From assembly GCA_945860515.1 (NCBI GenBank), contig CAMARI010000001.1, forward strand, positions 1 to 57,963: a stretch of 57,963 nt of DNA, written 5' to 3'. A program made the translations under genes and the position numbers. The notes beneath the pieces were generated by a model that was given only the letters and a program-made list of their open reading frames with translations, did no database searches and was not told the origin of the DNA. Position 1 is the stretch's first letter, and every line of letters starts with the position of its first letter. Source of the DNA: Polaromonas sp. YR568 (lineage in GTDB: Bacteria > Pseudomonadota > Gammaproteobacteria > Burkholderiales > Burkholderiaceae_C). Shown one piece after another: positions 51,921 through 57,963 of the stretch.

Positions 51921-52721
51921 TCATGCTCTCTTCAAAATGACTTCGAGTACAAAGCGTGAACCGGCATAGCCCAGCAGCAGCAAGCCACTGCCCAAGTACA
52001 GCACCCGTACAGCGCGCAGGCCACGCCAGCCCAAGCGTGCCCGGCCTGCCAGCAAGCCGGCAAACGTCACCCATGCCAGCACAGAAAAAATGGTTTTGTG
52101 GTTCCAGTTCCAGGCCAGACCTGGGCCGTACAGCTGCTCTGCAAACAGCCAACCCACCAGCAAGGTGGCCGATAGCAATACGAAACCTGCTTCAACAAAC
52201 CGAAATGTCAGGCGCTCGAGGGTCATCAGGGGTACGCCCGCAGAGCTGGCCGATGCCAGGCGCATGGCCTGCTCTGTGCGCTGCATCAGCCAGCCATGGG
52301 CAACCGCCACCGCAAACAGGCCATACGACGCAATACCCAGCGCCCAATGCAAGGGCAGCCAGATGGACGCTGCGTGCGAATAACTGGAGCCCGGAAAAAC
52401 GACAGCCAGCGCCACCGTAACCGCCCCGGCCCCAGCCAGCGGCCACTGCGCCTGCAGTTGTGGCAACAACCGACTTTCAATGGCATACACGGCCAGCACC
52501 AGCCATACCATGGTCGACAGGGCAGGCGCAAAGCCAAAGCGGGGCGGCTCACCCAGCAGGCCCTCGGCCAGCATCAGACCGTGCAACACCCAGCCGGCAA
52601 ACAGCACCAGCCGCAGCATGTCCGATGCCATTTTCTTGTTGGCGACAGATGCCAGCAGGTAGGCCAAAAAGGCGCCGCTCGCCAGCACATACTCCCACCA
52701 TTGACTCATCGCTAAAATCAT
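51921..52721 (-). CDS. Cytochrome c assembly family inner membrane protein (YpjD/CcsA-like)
   Basis: Multi-TM protein with HKTIFSVLAW, GWRG and YAGSRFVLE; divergent from ffh. Confidence 0.88.
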   Translation of the reverse strand: MILAMSQWWEYVLASGAFLAYLLASVANKKMASDMLRLVLFAGWVLHGLMLAEGLLGEPPRFGFAPALSTMVWLVLAVYAIESRLLPQLQAQWPLAGAGAVTVALAVVFPGSSYSHAASIWLPLHWALGIASYGLFAVAVAHGWLMQRTEQAMRLASASSAGVPLMTLERLTFRFVEAGFVLLSATLLVGWLFAEQLYGPGLAWNWNHKTIFSVLAWVTFAGLLAGRARLGWRGLRAVRVLYLGSGLLLLGYAGSRFVLEVILKRA

Positions 52722-52843
52722 GTCGACAGTTTAGCCTTTGTGCTGCTGGCCTTGCCAGCTTCTTGCAGCCTATTTCTCGCCCGTCCGCCCAACTACCCGT
52801 TTATTCACTTTCCTAACTGCTCCACCGCACAGGAGCCCTACCC

Positions 52844-54202
52844 ATGGCCTCAGCCCTTACCGACAAACTCTCCCGCCTCGTCAAGGAAATGCGTGGCCAG
52901 GCCCGTATCACCGAGACCAATGTGCAAGACATGCTGCGCGAAGTACGCATGGCCCTGCTGGAGGCTGACGTGGCGCTGCCAGTGGTGCGCGACTTTATTG
53001 CCCGCGTCAAAGATAAAGCGCTGGGTACCGAGGTCATGGGCTCCCTGCAGCCCGGCCAGGTATTGGTCAGCATTGTCAGCAAGGAGCTGGCGGCCACGAT
53101 GGGCGAGGGCGTCAGCGACATCAACCTGGCCGCGCAGCCACCGGCCGTGATTTTGATGGCGGGCCTGCAAGGCGCGGGCAAAACCACCACCACTGCCAAA
53201 TTGGCCAAACACCTGATTGAAAAGCGCAAGAAAAAGGTGCTCACGGTCTCTGGCGACGTCTACCGCCCAGCCGCGATTGAGCAGCTCAAAACGGTGACGG
53301 CGCAGGCCGGAGCCGAGTGGTTCCCGAGCACGCCAGACCAAAAACCGGTAGACATTGCGCGCGCCGCGATTGACTACGCCAAGCGCCATTTCTTTGACGT
53401 GCTGCTGGTCGACACGGCAGGCCGACTGGCGATTGACGAAGCGCTGATGGCCGAGATCAAGGAATTGCACGCGGTATTGAATCCGGTCGAAACGCTGTTT
53501 GTCGTCGACGCCATGCAGGGTCAGGATGCGGTAAACACCGCCAAAGCCTTCAAGGATGCACTGCCGCTGACCGGCATCATTTTGACCAAGCTCGACGGTG
53601 ACTCACGCGGTGGCGCGGCCCTGAGCGTGCGGCAAGTCACCGGTGCGCCGATCAAGTTTGCTGGTACCAGCGAAAAGCTCGACGGCCTCGAAGTGTTTGA
53701 CGCTGAACGCCACGCCGGACGTATTTTGGGCATGGGCGATATCGTGGCGCTGGTCGAGCAGGTCACCGCAGGCGTGGACGTCGCCGCCGCCCAAAAGCTG
53801 GCTGCCAAGCTCAAGTCTGGCAGCGGTTTTGACCTGGAAGATTTTTTAAGCCAACTCCAGCAAATGAAAAACATGGGCGGCCTGGCCAGTCTGATGGACA
53901 AACTGCCCGCGCAAATGGCCGCCAAGGCAGGCCAGGTCGACATGGGCAAAGCCGAAAAAGACATCAAACGCAAGGAAGGCATCATCCAAAGCATGACCCC
54001 GCTGGAGCGCCGCAAACCCGAACTCATCAAGGCGACGCGCAAAAAACGGATTGCGATGGGTTCAGGCGTGCAGGTTCAGGAAGTGAACCGTTTGCTCAAT
54101 GAGTTTGAGCAAATGCAGGGGATGATGAAGAAGATGAAGGGCAGCGGGATGATGAAGATGATGAAGAAGATGGGTGGGATGAAGGGGATGCCGAAGTTTT
54201 GA
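52844..54202 (+). CDS. ffh: Signal recognition particle protein
   Basis: ALLEADV, GLQGAGKTT, DTAGR, TKLDG, Met-rich M domain. Confidence 0.98.
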   Translation: MASALTDKLSRLVKEMRGQARITETNVQDMLREVRMALLEADVALPVVRDFIARVKDKALGTEVMGSLQPGQVLVSIVSKELAATMGEGVSDINLAAQPPAVILMAGLQGAGKTTTTAKLAKHLIEKRKKKVLTVSGDVYRPAAIEQLKTVTAQAGAEWFPSTPDQKPVDIARAAIDYAKRHFFDVLLVDTAGRLAIDEALMAEIKELHAVLNPVETLFVVDAMQGQDAVNTAKAFKDALPLTGIILTKLDGDSRGGAALSVRQVTGAPIKFAGTSEKLDGLEVFDAERHAGRILGMGDIVALVEQVTAGVDVAAAQKLAAKLKSGSGFDLEDFLSQLQQMKNMGGLASLMDKLPAQMAAKAGQVDMGKAEKDIKRKEGIIQSMTPLERRKPELIKATRKKRIAMGSGVQVQEVNRLLNEFEQMQGMMKKMKGSGMMKMMKKMGGMKGMPKF

Positions 54203-54234
54203 GGGAAAAGGCCTGTTTTAGGCTTTTTAGGGCC

Positions 54235-54290
54235 TATTTTGGGCTCTAGGCCAAATAATATATGCGTTTAATGCTCCTAAAAATGCAGCA
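54235..54290 (-). repeat. Family-B short repeat between convergent ffh and miaB
   Basis: Reverse complement TGCTGCATTTTTAGGAGC-ATTAAAC-GCA-N9-TGGCC-TAGAGCC. Confidence 0.6.
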
Positions 54291-55655
54291 TTAAGCTCCC
54301 AAACCCTCATCAACAGTTACCACCTCGCCCCTCAGTGACCGCATCGGCGCTTCGGTAATCCTGATATCCACCAGTTGCCCAATCAATCGGTCTGGCCCGC
54401 TGAAAACCACAGGCCGATTGCATTCAGTGCGGCCAAACAAGGCGTTGGGTGTTTTGCGCGCCGGGCCTTCAACCAATACGCGCTGCACGGTGCCCAGCCG
54501 GCTGGCGCTGATGGCCTCCACGCTTTTGTCTATCGTGGCTTGCAAGTGTTGCAGGCGTTTGAGTTTGACGCTGTGCGGTGTGTCGTCCTTGATGTTGGCC
54601 GCTGGCGTGCCTGGGCGGGGGCTGTAGATGAAGCTGAAGGAGGTGTCATAACCCACGTCGTCAATCAGGCGCATCATCTTGTCGAAGTCTTCATCGGTCT
54701 CACCGGGAAAGCCGACGATGAAGTCGCTGCTCATGGCCAGGTCAGGCCTGATGGCGCGCAGTTTGCGGACGGTGCTTTTGTATTCCATCGCGGTGTAGCC
54801 GCGCTTCATGGCCATCAAGATTTTGTCTGAGCCATGTTGCACCGGCAGGTGCAGGTGGTTGACCAGCTTGGGCAGTCTGGCGTAGGCATCAATCAAACTC
54901 TGCGTGAACTCGTTTGGGTGGCTGGTGACGTAGCGGATGCGCTCAATGCCGGGGATGTCGTGCACGTAGTCGAGCAGGGTGGCGAAGTCGGCGATGTCGT
55001 TTGACGCGCTCGCAACGCCCGTGTTGCCTCCCATCCTTCCTCTGTAAGCGTTCACGTTTTGACCCAGCAGCGTGATCTCTTTGACACCCTGATCGGCCAG
55101 CCCGGCGACTTCAACCAGCACGTCTTCAAACGGGCGGCTGACTTCTTCACCGCGCGTGTAGGGCACCACGCAGTAGCTGCAATATTTTGAACAGCCTTCC
55201 ATGATGCTGACGAACGCGCTTGCGCCCTCAACCCGGGCGGGCGGCAGGTGGTCAAACTTTTCGATTTCCGGGAAGCTGATGTCGACCTGCGGCTTGCCCA
55301 GCCTGGCGCGCTTGGCCAGCAGGTCAGGCAGGCGGTGCAGGGTTTGCGGGCCAAACACCACGTCGACATAGGGGGCCCTAGCAATGATGGCGGCGCCTTC
55401 CTGGCTTGCCACGCAGCCGCCGACACCAATCAACACGCCTTTTTCCTTCAGGTGTTTGACGCGCCCCAGGTCGCTGAAGACTTTTTCCTGCGCCTTTTCG
55501 CGTACCGAGCAGGTGTTGAACAAAATCAGGTCCGCTTGTTCCATGTCCTGCGTCGGCTCGTAGCCTTCAGCCGCATGCAGCACGTCAGACATCTTGTCCG
55601 AGTCGTACTCGTTCATCTGGCAGCCGAAGGTTTTGATGAAGACTTTTTTAGACAT
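54291..55655 (-). CDS. miaB: tRNA i6A37 methylthiotransferase
   Basis: [20 protein letters not shown] radical SAM motif, [14 protein letters not shown] domain. Confidence 0.98.
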   Translation of the reverse strand: MSKKVFIKTFGCQMNEYDSDKMSDVLHAAEGYEPTQDMEQADLILFNTCSVREKAQEKVFSDLGRVKHLKEKGVLIGVGGCVASQEGAAIIARAPYVDVVFGPQTLHRLPDLLAKRARLGKPQVDISFPEIEKFDHLPPARVEGASAFVSIMEGCSKYCSYCVVPYTRGEEVSRPFEDVLVEVAGLADQGVKEITLLGQNVNAYRGRMGGNTGVASASNDIADFATLLDYVHDIPGIERIRYVTSHPNEFTQSLIDAYARLPKLVNHLHLPVQHGSDKILMAMKRGYTAMEYKSTVRKLRAIRPDLAMSSDFIVGFPGETDEDFDKMMRLIDDVGYDTSFSFIYSPRPGTPAANIKDDTPHSVKLKRLQHLQATIDKSVEAISASRLGTVQRVLVEGPARKTPNALFGRTECNRPVVFSGPDRLIGQLVDIRITEAPMRSLRGEVVTVDEGLGA

Positions 55656-55671
55656 GATGTAGAAGTTGATA

Positions 55672-55727
55672 TGCTATGAACACAGGAGCTAATGACCCAG
55701 GAATTTGTTGGGCTGCAGGCCGATGAA
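55672..55727 (+). repeat. Family-B short repeat upstream of miaB
   Basis: TGCTATGAACACAGGAGC-TAATGAC-CCA-N9-TGGGC-TGCAGGC. Confidence 0.65.
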
Positions 55728-55764
55728 TAACCGAAAACAGCTGAAAACTGGCGAGAAACCTGTT

Positions 55765-56208
55765 TTACTGCTTGTATTTGGGCAACTGGTTAAAGGGTGT
55801 TTTACCGTCGTCTTTGACAACCGGTGTCTCAAACATGGTGCGGATATTGCTCAACACGCCTTCAGGCTGCCCCGGCATCTTCTGTTTGATTTCTTCGTTG
55901 TTCAACACCCAGACGTTGTGTACCAGCCCGATGTTGTCGCGCAGGTAATTGACGACGAGTTTTTGGTTGGTTAAGGTGCCAGACAGCACCAGATTGTTGT
56001 GGATGTCGCGGATGCGCACAGCAGGCGATAGTCGGTCGGGCTTGCTGTCCAGAGTGATCTCAGGAGCCGTCAACATCACCAGTTCGCCGCGTTTGGCGTC
56101 TTTCGGGAACTGACGGGTGTTGGGTTTGACATCTTCAGTCTGCGCGCTGGCGGTGCTGATGAGCAGTACGGCCAGGGGAACGGTAAGTGTCACGATCCAG
56201 CGGTTCAT
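55765..56208 (-). CDS. Hypothetical exported protein
   Basis: Signal peptide MNRWIVTLTVPLAVLLISTASA followed by RQFPKDAKRG...RLSPAVRIRD...VWVL. Confidence 0.75.
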   Translation of the reverse strand: MNRWIVTLTVPLAVLLISTASAQTEDVKPNTRQFPKDAKRGELVMLTAPEITLDSKPDRLSPAVRIRDIHNNLVLSGTLTNQKLVVNYLRDNIGLVHNVWVLNNEEIKQKMPGQPEGVLSNIRTMFETPVVKDDGKTPFNQLPKYKQ

Positions 56209-56268
56209 GGTGTTTGTCCAGAGGCTGAGAGTTTGAGGCAGGTTTTGCTGATGCAAAACCTATAAATT

Positions 56269-56345
56269 TGGTGGTGATAGGTGGATTTGAACCACCGACA
56301 TCAGCATTATGAATGCTGCGCTCTAACCAACTGAGCTATATCACC
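56269..56345 (-). tRNA. tRNA-Met (CAT), probably elongator
   Basis: GGTGATATAGCTCAGTTGGTTAGAGCGCAGCATTCATAATGCTGATGTCGGTGGTTCAAATCCACCTATCACCACCA forms a full cloverleaf with encoded CCA. It lacks the initiator GGG/CCC anticodon stem; tRNA-Ile2 is not fully excluded. Confidence 0.95.
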
Positions 56346-56360
56346 GAGCCGCGAATTATA
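56346..56360 (-). promoter_or_regulatory. Sigma70 -10 box with GC-rich discriminator for the tRNA
   Basis: Minus strand TATAAT-TCGCGGCTC immediately before the tRNA 5' end. Confidence 0.7.
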
Positions 56361-56370
56361 GCCAACAGAA

Positions 56371-57159
56371 TCACTTGTGTTTAAAAACGGCTTTTCTTTT
56401 GTTCACAAACGCATCCATGCCCTCTTTTTGATCTTCGGTCGCAAACATGGCGTGAAACAGGCGGCGTTCAAACATCACGCCATCTTGCAAGCCGCTGTCA
56501 AATGCGCGGTTGACCGACTCTTTGGCGGCCATCAGCGCGATGTTGCCGTGTCCGCAAATCATCAATGCGGCGCCCAGTGCTTCATCCATCAATTTGTCCA
56601 GCGGAACCACACGGCTGACCAAGCCGGAGCGCTCGGCTTCCAGAGCGTCCATCATGCGGCCCGTCAGCGCCAGGTCCATCGCCTTGGCCTTGCCGACGGC
56701 GCGGGGCAGGCGCTGGGTGCCGCCTGCGCCGGGGATGATGCCAAGCTTGATTTCCGGCTGACCAAATTTTGCGTTGTCGGCAGCAATGATGAAGTCGCAC
56801 ATCATGGCCAGCTCGCAGCCACCACCGAGCGCAAAGCCACTCACAGCGGCAATCACTGGCTTGCGAATGGCGCGCACTTGTTCCCAATTCCGGGTGATGA
56901 AGTCTTTGCCGTACGCATCGGCAAAGCTGTACTGGGCCATGGCACCGATATCAGCGCCCGCCGCAAAGGCTTTTTCACTGCCCGTGATGATCATGCAGCC
57001 AATGTTGTCGTCGGCCTCAAAGCCCTTCAGGGCGGCGGCCAGCTCGTCCATCAGCTGGTCGTTCAGGGCGTTGAGCTGCTTGGGCCGGTTCAATGTGACA
57101 ACGCCAACCTGGCGGCCCTCCGGGCCCTGGACGGAGGTGATGATGGTCTCGTAAATCAT
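56371..57159 (-). CDS. Enoyl-CoA hydratase (crotonase)
   Basis: [46 protein letters not shown]. Confidence 0.95.
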   Translation of the reverse strand: MIYETIITSVQGPEGRQVGVVTLNRPKQLNALNDQLMDELAAALKGFEADDNIGCMIITGSEKAFAAGADIGAMAQYSFADAYGKDFITRNWEQVRAIRKPVIAAVSGFALGGGCELAMMCDFIIAADNAKFGQPEIKLGIIPGAGGTQRLPRAVGKAKAMDLALTGRMMDALEAERSGLVSRVVPLDKLMDEALGAALMICGHGNIALMAAKESVNRAFDSGLQDGVMFERRLFHAMFATEDQKEGMDAFVNKRKAVFKHK

Positions 57160-57171
57160 AGAATTCTTTCT

Positions 57172-57963
57172 TTATTTCGTTGCTGATTGAACTAGCCAAG
57201 CCTCTACTTTAGCGGCATCCTTGATGCCCAGACGCCAGGTGGTGGCAGGCGGCGGTATCGACAACTCAAGCCGCAGGATGCGTTTGTCGCGTGACACCAG
57301 TGCTATTACTTTTTTTGCGGTCCCGGCATACAGCAACAAGTCGTCCAGGCGCTGCATTCTCCAGCCGCTAGGCGGCTTGATTGTTTCAACGCCAAGCCAC
57401 TCGTCGCCGGATGAAAACCCCGCCTTTTCAGCCGCGCCGCCCGACAAAACGGTTTTAATCACCACGCCATGCGTGTCCGTGACGCGCAGCCCCAGGCGCT
57501 GCGCCAATTGGGCCGGGTCGTCATGCACGGTCACGCCGTGCTGCGTCAAAAGCTCCCGCACCGGCAGCTCGCCTTTGCCATGCACCCAGGCTTTTAACTC
57601 GGCATCAAACGGCCGCTTGCCCAGGCTTTGCAGCACGGCGGCAAAGTCGGCTTCAGTCATGGGCCCGCCTTCGCCCTGCGCCCCAGCCTTGCAGCGCAGC
57701 CACAGCGCACGCATCACCGCATCGAGCGATGTGTGGCCTTCACGGCGCAGTGTCAAGTCAAAACACAGCGCCACCAGTGCGCCCTTGGTGTAGTAGCTGA
57801 CTGTGGCGTTGGCTGTGTTTTCGTCTTGCCTGTAGTACTTCACCCAGGCGTCAAAGCTGGCTTGGGCCACCGACTGCACCTGGGTGCCCGGCGTTTGCAT
57901 CACTTGGTTGATGGTTTTGTTCAGCAGCTTTAAGTATCCGGCGCTGTCCAGCAAGCCTGAACG
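57172..57963 (-). CDS. M61 glycyl aminopeptidase with C-terminal PDZ domain, 5'-truncated by the window
   Basis: SFDAWVKYYRQDEN, SYYTKGALVA, PDZ-like VLSGGAAEKAGFSSGDE. Confidence 0.85.
   Translation of the reverse strand, partial: RSGLLDSAGYLKLLNKTINQVMQTPGTQVQSVAQASFDAWVKYYRQDENTANATVSYYTKGALVALCFDLTLRREGHTSLDAVMRALWLRCKAGAQGEGGPMTEADFAAVLQSLGKRPFDAELKAWVHGKGELPVRELLTQHGVTVHDDPAQLAQRLGLRVTDTHGVVIKTVLSGGAAEKAGFSSGDEWLGVETIKPPSGWRMQRLDDLLLYAGTAKKVIALVSRDKRILRLELSIPPPATTWRLGIKDAAKVEAWLVQSATK

Noticed and set aside
54110-54200. GATGATGAAG repeats at the ffh 3' end
   Set aside because: This is the normal Met/Lys/Gly-rich Ffh M-domain tail.
56269-56345. tRNA as a possible island integration site
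   Set aside because: No integrase and no duplicated tRNA 3' end were seen; the flanks are ordinary genes.
57180-57197. TTGCTGATTGAACTAGC resembling a family-B left half
   Set aside because: Too short and has no right half, so it cannot be distinguished from chance.

Overview
This window looks like core chromosome from a betaproteobacterium; gene content and order suggest Comamonadaceae (inference). It opens with an accessory sulfatase cluster at 1-6.2 kb: DJ-1/PfpI protein, sulfatase, SRPBCC protein, GST-like protein, formylglycine-generating enzyme (FGE) and DUF1254/DUF1214 protein. The complete dcw cluster (mraZ to ftsZ, then lpxC) follows, and then ruvC, mtgA, a TonB-C protein, an RNB ribonuclease, rodA, tldD, DAHP synthase, mpl, accBC, prmA, a histone H1-like gene, nrdAB with tandem NrdR boxes, ampD, pilRS, ffh, miaB, tRNA-Met, an enoyl-CoA hydratase and a partial M61 peptidase. 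No transposase, integrase or CRISPR array was seen. The main unannotated signals are: (1) a Phe/Tyr/Trp-rich leader peptide with terminator and antiterminator upstream of DAHP synthase, a candidate attenuator sensing all three aromatic amino acids; (2) two families of small repeats that lie between genes and also in-frame inside proteins (Mpl, RNB nuclease, an oxidoreductase, the murC/ddl junction), reminiscent of Rickettsia palindromic elements; (3) recurring leaderless-type gene starts; (4) a sulfatase with a non-canonical CTVSR motif clustered with a membrane-anchored FGE. All alignments were done by eye and no database search was possible.
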